Translations under genes and position numbers: made by a program
Notes under the pieces: model-generated
Seen by the model: only the letters and a program-made list of their open reading frames with translations
Database searches by the model: none
Told to the model about the DNA's origin: nothing
In this document: positions 48,853 through 57,964 of the stretch, piece after piece
Position numbering within the stretch: the first letter of the stretch is position 1
Layout: every line of letters begins with the position of its first letter
NCBI GenBank assembly: GCA_043767805.1
Contig: JAYUGC010000066.1
Span: forward strand, 1 to 64,000
DNA: 64,000 nt
Origin: Pseudomonadota bacterium
GTDB taxonomy: Bacteria; Bdellovibrionota; FAC87; UBA2466
Reading direction: 5' to 3'

Positions 48853-49015
48853 TTGATTGCTGTCTCCGTTGGTTAAGGGTTCGAAAGAACCCAAAGATAC
48901 TAACAAACCGGATCCCGTTCGTAACGAAGCATTCGACGACGCATCGCTCCCGCGATCACCGCAACACCGATACAAATTGCCACACCGGATCGGCCCGCTT
49001 CCTCACGCCCGAGAT

Positions 49016-49031
49016 TGGTATCGCCATTGCA
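49016..49031 (+). promoter_or_regulatory. sigma54 promoter candidate (TGGTATC-gcca-TTGCA)
   Basis: GG-N10-GC with TTGC, upstream of ORF 49070. Confidence 0.55.
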
Positions 49032-49069
49032 TTGAGATCTCCCCAAGCACCCCAAAAGGAGACTTCCCC

Positions 49070-49786
49070 ATGCAACGCTTGATGGCATTAGCTCTTTCGT
49101 TTTTGACGACGGCTGCCGTCGCCTCCTCTACCGCGGCGGTCCAAGTCCGCTTCGAGAAAGCTTTCATACCTCTGACTTTCGACACCAACGACCGCAGCCA
49201 AGTGGTACTCACAGGGGTTTATCCCGATACCTGCTACCAAGGTGGTGGTGTGCAGTACCAAGTCGACAAAGCCGCCCGTGTCATTCGCGCGACTCAGTGG
49301 GCGTTCTATCAACCCGGAAACTGCCTGCCGGCCACCGTGCCTTTTTCCTCGGTGCTCACTTTCGATCGCTTGGAGGCCGGGATTTACGAAATCGAAGATG
49401 CGGCTAGCGGAACAAAGCTCGGCGAGCTCGCCATCACTTTAGCCAAGGGTCCTCTCGTTCCGGGCGCGAGCTACGCCAACTTCGCTCCGGTCTCCGACGC
49501 CTACATCGAGCAGAACGCGACTACCCGGCAAACGGAGCTCGTCCTGACCGGTACCTGGACCGATCGCTGCACGCACTTCAAAGAAGTGAAGCTGTTCTAT
49601 CAAAGCGACGTGCTCGTGGTTCAGCCGATCGTAGAGCCCTTGAACGAAGAGGACAGCCGCGACTGCGCCTTGCAGATCGATCGCTTCCAAAAACGCGTCC
49701 CCATTCAAACCATGGGGGAGAGAACTTTCTTGTTGCACGTCCAAACCCCTGGCGGCTTTGCTATCAACAAGATCTACAACGACTAA
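49070..49786 (+). CDS. Secreted hypothetical protein with two similar halves
   Basis: RBS aggag; signal peptide; repeated VLTG.(Y/W).D.C motif. Confidence 0.75.
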   Translation: MQRLMALALSFLTTAAVASSTAAVQVRFEKAFIPLTFDTNDRSQVVLTGVYPDTCYQGGGVQYQVDKAARVIRATQWAFYQPGNCLPATVPFSSVLTFDRLEAGIYEIEDAASGTKLGELAITLAKGPLVPGASYANFAPVSDAYIEQNATTRQTELVLTGTWTDRCTHFKEVKLFYQSDVLVVQPIVEPLNEEDSRDCALQIDRFQKRVPIQTMGERTFLLHVQTPGGFAINKIYND

Positions 49787-49795
49787 CCTTCAAGG

Positions 49796-49822
49796 GGGGC
49801 GGGAGACGACTCCCGCCCCTTT
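49796..49822 (+). terminator. Intrinsic terminator hairpin
   Basis: 10-bp stem ggggcgggag/ctcccgcccc with 4-nt loop and ttt, between convergent genes. Confidence 0.7.
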
Positions 49823-49823
49823 C

Positions 49824-50471
49824 TCACCTCTCCCACAGCGCCCACACCTGGGCGGCGAGCTCCGCGTAACACCTCACTCTCTCATTTTCCGGAGCCACCC
49901 CCGCGGCATGGCTCCAATAGCCAAGATCCCAATCGCGATCGCCCATACCCGCGAACTCCCAATCGATCAAATAGAGCCCATCTGGACTCATCAGAAAATT
50001 TTCGGGATGAGGATCGCCGTGCATCGGAGATAACGGCGTCCCCTTCGCGAGAGCTCGGGCCAAATCGATCCACCGATCCAGATCGGCGGGAATGACTTCC
50101 TGACGAGCGGCCGAGATCCGCAAGGCGTTTTCCGCCCCGCAAGTTTCCGGAAACACCACACCACTCGCGTGCACGCGATCCAGTAGCGAGCGCGCGGCAC
50201 TTTTTTCTTTCGCGGCGAGAGGTGCCCGGGCTTGCGAAATCCACCCCACCACATAACCTTCCTCGTTTCCGGTTATGAAAGGAGGCGCCCAACCCGCGGC
50301 GGAGGCAAGTCGCGCGTTTTTTGGGGCGGCGGAACCTTTGTCGCAAAGCCGGAGGAAGTAATCGCTCCCCTCCGAGTGAAAACGAAGGCCGTTGCCGTGA
50401 CGCGCGATCGTGGAAATCGTTTTTCCCTCGGGGAACTCGGGGGTCGCTCGCAACCAGCGCATGGCGTCCAT
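49824..50471 (-). CDS. APH/choline-kinase-family phosphotransferase
   Basis: HGDPHPENFL, LIDWEFAGMGD..WDL. Confidence 0.8.
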   Translation of the reverse strand: MDAMRWLRATPEFPEGKTISTIARHGNGLRFHSEGSDYFLRLCDKGSAAPKNARLASAAGWAPPFITGNEEGYVVGWISQARAPLAAKEKSAARSLLDRVHASGVVFPETCGAENALRISAARQEVIPADLDRWIDLARALAKGTPLSPMHGDPHPENFLMSPDGLYLIDWEFAGMGDRDWDLGYWSHAAGVAPENERVRCYAELAAQVWALWER

Positions 50472-50558
50472 AATTGCAGGGTGGCACGCATCTCAATGTG
50501 AAGCAAAAGCCACAATCAAGCCCATAACGCTGGGCATGATATCCTGATAACGAGAGGC

Positions 50559-50586
50559 TAATCACCGGCGCCGGGAAAACCGATAA
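50559..50586 (+). promoter_or_regulatory. sigma28/FliA-like promoter candidate (TAATC-N15-ACCGATAA)
   Basis: Upstream of the HD-GYP gene; near-consensus -10 element. Confidence 0.5.
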
Positions 50587-50673
50587 GTCGGGTGAGGGTC
50601 TCTCGGGGACCTGGAGCCTGTGGCTGGTCTGCAGCGCCCTTAGTTTTGCCCTGCCTATATTTGCGTAAAACCC

Positions 50674-51675
50674 ATGAAGCCATCGAACGCACAATTAAAA
50701 GAGGAAGCGGGAATCGCGCCCGGCGCTGAGCCGAAGGTGGTTCACGCGTCTTCCTCCATGCTTTCGATTCCGCTCGATTGCCTGCCCGTGGATTTTCCGC
50801 TTCCCTGTCCCATCTACGTCATGGTGGGAGACCGCTACGTCATGCTCCGTTCGCGCAAAGACACACTTACCGCCACCCGGGTTCAGTCCCTGAGCCAGGC
50901 CGGCGCGGACACGGTCCACGTTTTACGCCAGCATTGGCCCGACTTCATCGACGGGGTCGAGGATTACCACATGCCGGGCGAGATGGACGCCGACGAGCGC
51001 ATGCGCCACATGCGAGCGCTCCTCATGGCTTACGAAGAGGACCTCCTCGAGCGCAAACAGCCACCGCGCCGCCAAGTTTTCCTGAAGATCGAAGCTTTGG
51101 TCGGTCATCTCGTCGAAGAGATCTACCGCGATCCCGCGCGCGGCGTGCGCCATTTGCGGCGTAATCACGATCCGCGTCTCTACTCGGCGAACCACATGGT
51201 CAATAGCGCCATCTATGCGACTTTAATCGGCATGTCCTTGAAGTACCCGCTGAACGAAGGCAAGCGGCTGGGTTATGCCTGCCTCGTGCACGATATCGGC
51301 AACCTTTTCATTCCAAAGACCGTCCTTCAGAAGAAGGGTCCCCTCACGCCCGAAGAGTTCGATCTTATGCGCACGCATACGATGCAAGGAGCCGAGCTGC
51401 TCCAGCAGGTCGCCGCGCCCACCGAAGTCATTCAGACGGCCTACCAGCACCACGAGCGCGTGGACGGTAAAGGCTATCCTCAAGGTCTCTCGGGAAAGAA
51501 CATTCATCCCTTCGCGAAAATCTGCGCCATCGCCGATGTGTACGACGCCATCACCAGCACCCGCGCTCACCAAAAGGGCTTGAGCGCCGCCGAGGCCATG
51601 CACCGCATGCGCAGCCAAGAAGGACTCTTCGACATGGAGTTCCTCGCGAAGCTCTCTTTCGACAAGATCCGCTAA
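50674..51675 (+). CDS. HD-GYP cyclic dinucleotide phosphodiesterase
   Basis: HDIG, HHERVDGKGYPQGL, IADVYDA. Confidence 0.92.
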   Translation: MKPSNAQLKEEAGIAPGAEPKVVHASSSMLSIPLDCLPVDFPLPCPIYVMVGDRYVMLRSRKDTLTATRVQSLSQAGADTVHVLRQHWPDFIDGVEDYHMPGEMDADERMRHMRALLMAYEEDLLERKQPPRRQVFLKIEALVGHLVEEIYRDPARGVRHLRRNHDPRLYSANHMVNSAIYATLIGMSLKYPLNEGKRLGYACLVHDIGNLFIPKTVLQKKGPLTPEEFDLMRTHTMQGAELLQQVAAPTEVIQTAYQHHERVDGKGYPQGLSGKNIHPFAKICAIADVYDAITSTRAHQKGLSAAEAMHRMRSQEGLFDMEFLAKLSFDKIR

Positions 51676-51746
51676 AACGGCCCCACCCCGTCGATCTTTT
51701 TTTCCCGTTCCAAGATTTCGGAACACGGTGTTCGCACGCCCGCGCC

Positions 51747-51762
51747 TGGCACGAGACTCGCA
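51747..51762 (+). promoter_or_regulatory. sigma54 promoter candidate (TGGCACG-agac-TCGCA) with no credible downstream CDS
   Basis: Perfect -24 box; predicted +1 near 51773 coincides with the start of a long hairpin. Confidence 0.6.
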
Positions 51763-51772
51763 TTAGGGAATG

Positions 51773-51848
51773 CTTGGCCACCGCCGGCAGCTCGTCGGTC
51801 CGATGCCTCCCAGCCAAGGATCGATGAGCGCCGTCGCGGCCGGCCGGG
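51773..51848 (+). ncRNA. Candidate small RNA hairpin with CCUCCC loop
   Basis: Stem 51790-51801/51818-51829 (12 bp, 2 G-U) extended by 51785-88/51830-33, 51781-84/51836-39 and 51773-79/51842-48; loop gatgcctcccagccaa. Confidence 0.5.
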
Positions 51849-51860
51849 AATACTCAAGAA

Positions 51861-52790
51861 TCAGGTGGAGCAGGAATCGCCGCGGATTTGATCCGCGATG
51901 GCCTGGACTTCGAAGTTATTGCCCAAGCCGCGGCGAGCGCGCTCGAGAGCTTCCTTCGCTTCTTCGCAACGGCCTTCCTTGATGAGAAGGTGAGCAATGT
52001 CGAGCTGCGAGCGAGCGAGATCGGCGGAAAGAAGTTCCGTCGATTGGCCGTCGTTTTTTTTCTTTTCGAGCTCGGCCGCCTGGTGCGTGATGGCCTTGCG
52101 ATAATAGTCGATGGCCTTATCGCTCTCGCCCATTTGCTCGTAAACGGAGCCAAGACGAGTGTAGGCGAACTCGGCGTACTTCGTGTCCTGCGCGGACTTC
52201 TCCAGAAATTGTACGGCGTCGCCGAAACGGCCTTGGCTCAGGTACAGCTCGCCCAAGCCATCGGCGAGAACCGGAGAGCTCGGGTTCGTCTCGTACAGTC
52301 CCCGCAAGTAGTCCGCCATGGACGCGGCTTTTTCGGGAGAAAGCGAAATACCCACGAGCTCCATGACGGCGAACTCGTTATTGGGGTTCGTGGTGAGCGC
52401 TTTCTTGAAGTAGCCAGCCGCTTTATCGGGATCTTGAAACTCCGTGAGATGCAGCATGCCCATCTCTTCCAAAGCCCGCTCGTGCTTCGGATCCTTTTGC
52501 AAAATGCTCTCCAGCAAGTGAAGGGCTTCTTGCGCTTGGCCGGCACGGACCAAGGCATCGACCTGCGCGAGTTCCGCTTTGAACGAACCTTCGTAGGTGC
52601 GGTCATTGCGACCGGGACGGCGGGCCTGAGGCAAGCTGACCGTGCCGCTTTCGGGCTCGGCTTCTTTGGTGGCCTCCCCCTTCAGAGCGGTTTGCGCGAC
52701 GAGGCCTGGCGAGGTAGCGCGCGTGAGGTAAAAGAGCCCTCCCACGAAGACCGAGAGAAAGACCAAAATTCCGATAGCCTTAAGGCTCAA
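51861..52790 (-). CDS. Membrane-anchored TPR protein
   Basis: N-terminal TM helix; several TPR units (AAGYFKKAL, AVQFLEKS, AIDYYRKAI). Confidence 0.85.
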   Translation of the reverse strand: MSLKAIGILVFLSVFVGGLFYLTRATSPGLVAQTALKGEATKEAEPESGTVSLPQARRPGRNDRTYEGSFKAELAQVDALVRAGQAQEALHLLESILQKDPKHERALEEMGMLHLTEFQDPDKAAGYFKKALTTNPNNEFAVMELVGISLSPEKAASMADYLRGLYETNPSSPVLADGLGELYLSQGRFGDAVQFLEKSAQDTKYAEFAYTRLGSVYEQMGESDKAIDYYRKAITHQAAELEKKKNDGQSTELLSADLARSQLDIAHLLIKEGRCEEAKEALERARRGLGNNFEVQAIADQIRGDSCST

Positions 52791-52873
52791 GCGCTGACCT
52801 CCAGAGGTGCCCCAAAATACAAGAGCCCGAGGAGTGGGGCCAGAGGAAAGTCGACGTGGTAAGCTAAATAGCG

Positions 52874-54487
52874 ATGTTAAAAAGGTTTTCTCCTTGGGCC
52901 TGGGCCCTGCCAGGCCTGCTCGGAGCGCTACTTCTCGCGGTGGGATGGCCGCTAGCCTCCGATCACGATCTCTACCTCCATCTAAAGACGGGTGAGCTGA
53001 CCATTGAGCGAGGCCTTCCAGGCCTAAACGACCGCTTCAGTTACACGGACCCGAGCGCCCCCGAAGAGACTCATTCCTGGCTATCCCAGGTCGTTCTCTA
53101 TGAGACCTATCACTGGGGCGGAGAAACAGGCCTCCGCGCTTTGAACACGCTCTTACTCTTTTTCTTAGTGGGACTTTGCTTTCGCTTCGTTTGGCGGAGA
53201 GGAAACTCCGCGGCGGCCGCGGGCCTGACGGCGGCGTTCGTCGTGCTGGCCCAAGCGCAGGTGCAAACGTTTCGCCCCGTGGTCATCAGCCAGGCCCTTG
53301 GCGCGGTACTACTGTTCGCGATTCTCGCGCCAGAGACTCCATGGACGAAAAAAAGAGGCCTGGCCGCCGTCCTGCTCACCGCGCTTTGGGCGAATTTGCA
53401 CGGCAGTAGCCTACTCGCACCGCTCTTCGTTTTTTTGAGAACGCGCCGATTCGGATGGACCATGGCCTGCGCGGCGGCTCTCCTCGTGAACCCTCGCGGC
53501 CCTGAGCTCTGGATAGATTCACTCGCCATCGTGGATCTGGGCCGCTCGCTCGCCATTGGGGAATGGGTGAGTAACGTCTATCCGCCGATTTTGTGGATTG
53601 CTGCCGCGGGCGCTCTCTGGACTCTGCTCAAGCGAGGCAGAAACGATTGGACGGCGGTGACCGGCGCGATCCTGGTCTGCCTCGCCTTCAGCGCGCACCG
53701 CCATTTGGCGTGGCTTTTCTTTCCGCTCTGCGCGGCCGGTGCCGCCCTCGCTTCCGGCGTCACCTTGAGAGCGAGCCCCGCGCTGCTCGGCATCGCCATC
53801 GCGCTTTGGGGAGGCCGCTTTTGGGTGAGCGGTTTGACGACGATGCCCGTCGAGCGCGCGGTAAACTTCCTTCAAGCCGCGGGACTGGAGGGCAACGTTT
53901 TCAATCACCCGAGCTGGGGCGCCTACCTCGCCTTCCGCCTCTATCCCAAAATTAAGGTCGCTCACACCATGCGCCTACTCACTCACAAAAACATTTTTCT
54001 CTGGGAGAAAGAGCGGTGGTTCTCCCAAGGCGGCATGACGCTCGATGAGGTGACCCAGCAGTGGCCCGAGACCCAAATCGCCTTCTTACCGTCGAGCTGG
54101 CCCATTCCCCATCTGGCGGATCCCACCCAATGGGCGCCGATTTACGTGAACAACCAGGCGGTGATTCTGCTGAGGCGGACCCCCGCCAACACGGAGAACT
54201 GGAAGAAAGCCCAAAGTTACTACGCGAACCGCAAGCTTCCCTTCGAGGAAGGGCCCGGGCTGTTACCGAGACTTGTCGACGAGATCGACCCGGCCTGGAT
54301 GAGAGCCCAGGAAGAAAAAGGCGGTTGGGGCAGGTGGCCCGACCCGGAGAAGCTCTCGCGCGCCTACAATGACAGCATCAACACCTGGAAGCGCTGGCTC
54401 TCGTGGAAAGGAGAGTCTTCTCCTGGAGCTCCCGAGCGCTTCTATTGGAAGCCCTCGCCTCCGCCTCAAGGAACCGCGCAGCCGTAG
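52874..54487 (+). CDS. Polytopic membrane protein, possibly GT-C-like glycosyltransferase
   Basis: DLYLHLKTGE, DRFSYT, HSWLSQV, LWANLHGS, FNHPSWGAYL; many TM segments. Confidence 0.65.
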   Translation: MLKRFSPWAWALPGLLGALLLAVGWPLASDHDLYLHLKTGELTIERGLPGLNDRFSYTDPSAPEETHSWLSQVVLYETYHWGGETGLRALNTLLLFFLVGLCFRFVWRRGNSAAAAGLTAAFVVLAQAQVQTFRPVVISQALGAVLLFAILAPETPWTKKRGLAAVLLTALWANLHGSSLLAPLFVFLRTRRFGWTMACAAALLVNPRGPELWIDSLAIVDLGRSLAIGEWVSNVYPPILWIAAAGALWTLLKRGRNDWTAVTGAILVCLAFSAHRHLAWLFFPLCAAGAALASGVTLRASPALLGIAIALWGGRFWVSGLTTMPVERAVNFLQAAGLEGNVFNHPSWGAYLAFRLYPKIKVAHTMRLLTHKNIFLWEKERWFSQGGMTLDEVTQQWPETQIAFLPSSWPIPHLADPTQWAPIYVNNQAVILLRRTPANTENWKKAQSYYANRKLPFEEGPGLLPRLVDEIDPAWMRAQEEKGGWGRWPDPEKLSRAYNDSINTWKRWLSWKGESSPGAPERFYWKPSPPPQGTAQP

Positions 54488-55797
54488 TTGTACATTTTCT
54501 GCGTGGCTTTATAGAGGTTGAGGCGGCCTCCGCTCACTGTGGCCGCCGCCAGATCCGAAAGCGGATCGACGGTGGAGAGAATCATCTGCTTAACGAGAAG
54601 CGCCGCTTGCGCTGGTGAGTTGACGTAGAGATCGTAGAAGCGCTCACACGCCGCCGCATGCATGAGGGCAACCGCCCCCGCGACATGAGGGGACGCCATC
54701 GACGTTCCGGTGAGTACGCCCGTGCCGCGAGAGAGCGTGGATAAAATATTGGTGCCCGGCGCCCCCAGCTGAATGTGCCTCTTTCCGAAAGCAGCGTCGG
54801 CGTAGCGGTGATCGGTCTCGTCGGTATTGGTGACACCGATCAAGAAATCGCTCTTGCAACCAGTCGGCACGTCTCCCAAGGCATCGACGTCGATGTTCAA
54901 GTTGGCGGTGGCCGCCACCGAGAGGATGCCGTACTTGCCCATCTCGTCGTAAAGATCGTTCCAGATCTGGTACTCGGCCGAGTTGCAGTCGCCCATGTCG
55001 ACACCGAAGCTAGAGTTGGTGACGACGACGTTGGCTCCTTTGGCCCCTTTGCTCGAAAGATAGAGTTTCTTCTGCGCGATGACGTATCCATAAGCTTTCG
55101 CGACTTCCGCCGTGGACTCCGAAGCGCCCGCCACGATCATCAGATGGCTATTCCAATTGATGCCGGTGACTCCGGCATTATCGTTGCCCCTCGCCCCGAC
55201 GATGCCCGCGACATGGCTGCCGTGATCGTCCGCGGGAATGACCCCGGAGTTGTCGTAGACATTCCACCCGTGGATATCGTCGATATAGCCATTGCCGTCA
55301 TCATCAATGCCGTTACCCGGGATCTCGCCTGCATTCGTCCAAAGGTTCGGCTCGAGGTCCGGATGCGTGAGCTCCGCGCCTCCGTCAATGACGGCGACCA
55401 CGATCTTCGTTCCTTTGAGATCGGCGCCGCCCGTCGTCACGTCCCACGCGGACTCCGCCTGGATGTCTTTGCCCGTCGCGCTCTTTAAGCTCCACTGCTG
55501 TGAGAGAAGCGCGTCGTTCGGCAAATTGCGACGAGTCACGCGGTGATTCGGAGCGACCGAAAGCACGCCCGCGTCGCCGCGAAGCGCGTGGTACGTCTTC
55601 TTAAGGGAAGAGAAGCGGTACAGATTGAGATCGGGCACCAAGAGCTCGGCCGTTCCGAAGAGGGCGAGCGAGCTTGGGGTCACGCCGGGCTTCAAACGCA
55701 CGAGATACTCGCCGGGAATGGGTTCCGCCGCCGCGGATAGGGAAAAGAGTCCCATTGCCACCGTGAACCAAGCCCGAAGCAAACTTCGAAACGTCAT
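54466..55797 (-). CDS. Secreted subtilisin-like S8 serine protease
   Basis: VAVIDGG, HGSHVAG, GTSMASPHVAG; DDDGNGYIDD loop; signal peptide. Confidence 0.95.
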   Translation of the reverse strand: MTFRSLLRAWFTVAMGLFSLSAAAEPIPGEYLVRLKPGVTPSSLALFGTAELLVPDLNLYRFSSLKKTYHALRGDAGVLSVAPNHRVTRRNLPNDALLSQQWSLKSATGKDIQAESAWDVTTGGADLKGTKIVVAVIDGGAELTHPDLEPNLWTNAGEIPGNGIDDDGNGYIDDIHGWNVYDNSGVIPADDHGSHVAGIVGARGNDNAGVTGINWNSHLMIVAGASESTAEVAKAYGYVIAQKKLYLSSKGAKGANVVVTNSSFGVDMGDCNSAEYQIWNDLYDEMGKYGILSVAATANLNIDVDALGDVPTGCKSDFLIGVTNTDETDHRYADAAFGKRHIQLGAPGTNILSTLSRGTGVLTGTSMASPHVAGAVALMHAAACERFYDLYVNSPAQAALLVKQMILSTVDPLSDLAAATVSGGRLNLYKATQKMYNYGCAVP

Positions 55798-55873
55798 GGT
55801 GAATCCCCCAGCTCTAACCATAGCACGAGGGAAAAGTTTGCCCCGAGGGCGCTCGTTTTGCCGTTAATGGCGG

Positions 55874-57055
55874 TTAACGGCCGGGCTCGGCTTCGGGGGA
55901 ATCCGCCGGGGGAAACGTCTGCGTGGGAGGGCTCTCGATAAACTCGAAGAGCTGAGTCATGAGGGGATCGCGAATCTCGTCGCGCTCGCTCAAGATGTCG
56001 TGCTTAGCGTCGTCAAAGCGCTTGATAATGCAGTTTTTAAGACCGCCGCAAAATTTATCCATGGCGGAGTTGAGCACGACTTTATCGTTACCCGCTTTGA
56101 ACACCAGCACGGGCACGTCAATCTCGGGCCCCGCGCAGCGGCCGCGCGAGCATGCGCCGATGGTTTCCGCCAGCCAGCCGTAGGTCGCGCCGTTGTTTCT
56201 GTGGTCTTCGGGCTCGTGATTGAAAATTTTCCACTTGCTGGAGAAACGGTTCCGGCTGCTCGTCAGGAGATTGCCCTCGAAGCCTAAAGCCATGGTCGGC
56301 TTCGGTCCCTGGCCCGGCGCATACCAGCTACCCATGCCGAGAGTGCGCATGACCTGCGCGACGCCGGAAGCAAGGATATGAGGCAAGCCGTGAAGATTCG
56401 GCTTAAAGAGCGGCGCCGAGAGAATGAGCTTGTCGACGGCGCCTTTATTGTCTTTCAGATAGAGCGTCGAAACGAGCCCGCCCATGGAATGGCCCAGTAA
56501 AACAGTTTTTTCGTGAGGCTTCGCCTTCACGCGATCGTCCATGAAAGTCTTCAGATCCAGCGCGTAGTTCTGAAATTTGTCGACATAGACCGGCATCGTC
56601 CGACCCGTCATGCGGCCGGAGCTCCCGTGTCCGCGGTGGTCCAGGAAATAGACGGAGTAGCCCCGCTCATAGAGATTGAAAATGAGCTCGGGATAATAAG
56701 AAATGTTCTCGGAAAACCCGTGGGAGATGACAATGGCGCCCTTTTCGTGCGGATGCTCGAACTTCCAAAAGTTGATGTCGACTCCGCCCTGCCCTTTGAA
56801 CGTTCCACCGACGCCGACTCTTTCGATGAAGGGAAGAATGCGCTGGAACATGTCCGTTCCGATGTTTTTCTCGCTCGTCGAAACTGGGCGCGCGCCCGGA
56901 CCGTATTGCGCCTTCCGGAACTCGTCGCGTTTTGCCTTTTTCCACGCGCGGCTAGGAAGCTCAGCGAACTCGTTGCAACGGCGAGCCGCTCGGCTGCCCG
57001 AAGGCATGAGCAGTATAAGAGAACACACGAACAACCATTTGCTGAAACGAACCAC
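55874..57055 (-). CDS. Lysophospholipase L2 (PldB)-like alpha/beta hydrolase with signal peptide
   Basis: HGFSE, DHRGHGSS, GHSMGG, AKHDILSERD. Confidence 0.88.
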   Translation of the reverse strand: MVRFSKWLFVCSLILLMPSGSRAARRCNEFAELPSRAWKKAKRDEFRKAQYGPGARPVSTSEKNIGTDMFQRILPFIERVGVGGTFKGQGGVDINFWKFEHPHEKGAIVISHGFSENISYYPELIFNLYERGYSVYFLDHRGHGSSGRMTGRTMPVYVDKFQNYALDLKTFMDDRVKAKPHEKTVLLGHSMGGLVSTLYLKDNKGAVDKLILSAPLFKPNLHGLPHILASGVAQVMRTLGMGSWYAPGQGPKPTMALGFEGNLLTSSRNRFSSKWKIFNHEPEDHRNNGATYGWLAETIGACSRGRCAGPEIDVPVLVFKAGNDKVVLNSAMDKFCGGLKNCIIKRFDDAKHDILSERDEIRDPLMTQLFEFIESPPTQTFPPADSPEAEPGR

Positions 57056-57068
57056 GGGGCCGTATTAG

Positions 57069-57084
57069 TGCAAGCTTTCTGCCA
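57069..57084 (-). promoter_or_regulatory. sigma54 promoter candidate (TGGCAGA-aagc-TTGCA)
   Basis: Near-consensus; conserved C lies 15 nt before GTG 57055. Confidence 0.65.
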
Positions 57085-57240
57085 CGACTGCTTTGGGCAC
57101 GAGACGAATACGCGAGGGCAAGCGCCGCGAAATCCAGGCCTTACCCTTCCCTTGGTTCTTCGGTTTATTAAACTAAGTGTGGGGTGTTCAAAGGTCAGCC
57201 AGCTGCTTGGCGCGAAACGGGCGTGTGGTAAGTTGTTTCG

Positions 57241-57846
57241 ATGCGAGACACCGAGTTCTGGTCCGGATATTGGAAGGCGCAGAATACACCTTGGGACATG
57301 GGCGGTCCTCATCCGTCGTTGGAAAAACTTTGGGAACTGGCGGAGCCGTGGCTCCCTAAAACGGGCCGCGTTTACATTCCCGCCTGTGGGCGTGCTCACG
57401 AAGGGGCTTGGTTTGCCGCTCGCGGTTATGACGTGTTGGGGGAAGACATCGTGCCCGAGGCGATTGAAGCCGCCCGCGTTGCATACGGCCATCTCCCTAA
57501 CTTAACTTTCCGAGTGGGCGATCTCTATCGGGTGAGCGAGGAAGATCGAGGCGCTTTCGATCTCGTCTTCGACCGCGCGGCCTGTTGCGCGTTCGCACCG
57601 ACTCGCTGGGAAGAGTACTTGGCCGCGTGCTCCGAACGGCTTCGATCGGGCGGCCTACTGCTTTCGCTACCTTTCAAAGAGAGCCTTCAAGAAGCGCCAA
57701 AGGGCCCGCCGTTTTTCATTCCCAAAGCAGACTGGCAAAAGCTCGCCGGGAAAGACTTCGACGTTAGAGTGCTCGTGGACAACCCCGTCGATCGCCCGGC
57801 TATTTCGCTCAAAACGGAATTACTCGCGGTTGCGCAAAAAAGGTAA
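57241..57846 (+). CDS. Thiopurine S-methyltransferase-like SAM-dependent methyltransferase
   Basis: TPWDMG, PACGRAHE, FDRAACCA, GPPF. Confidence 0.88.
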   Translation: MRDTEFWSGYWKAQNTPWDMGGPHPSLEKLWELAEPWLPKTGRVYIPACGRAHEGAWFAARGYDVLGEDIVPEAIEAARVAYGHLPNLTFRVGDLYRVSEEDRGAFDLVFDRAACCAFAPTRWEEYLAACSERLRSGGLLLSLPFKESLQEAPKGPPFFIPKADWQKLAGKDFDVRVLVDNPVDRPAISLKTELLAVAQKR

Positions 57847-57929
57847 CGTGCTTTAGCCTAGAAAAAGCCCTCTGGACGCCCCGTCCCAAACTCAAACAAC
57901 TCCGTGTTAATATGAGCCCCGCTTCGTCC

Positions 57930-57957
57930 TTTAGCTCGACGCACTAAAGTCCGAAAA
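57930..57957 (+). promoter_or_regulatory. sigma28/FliA-like promoter candidate (TTTAG-N15-TCCGAAAA)
   Basis: Same spacing as other candidates; immediately upstream of GTG 57965. Confidence 0.4.
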
Positions 57958-57964
57958 AGAGAGG

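Noticed and set aside
48853..48990. ECF (SigF-like) promoter for the MNIO cluster
   Set aside because: Only a loose GTGATC...CGAA match with non-consensus spacing
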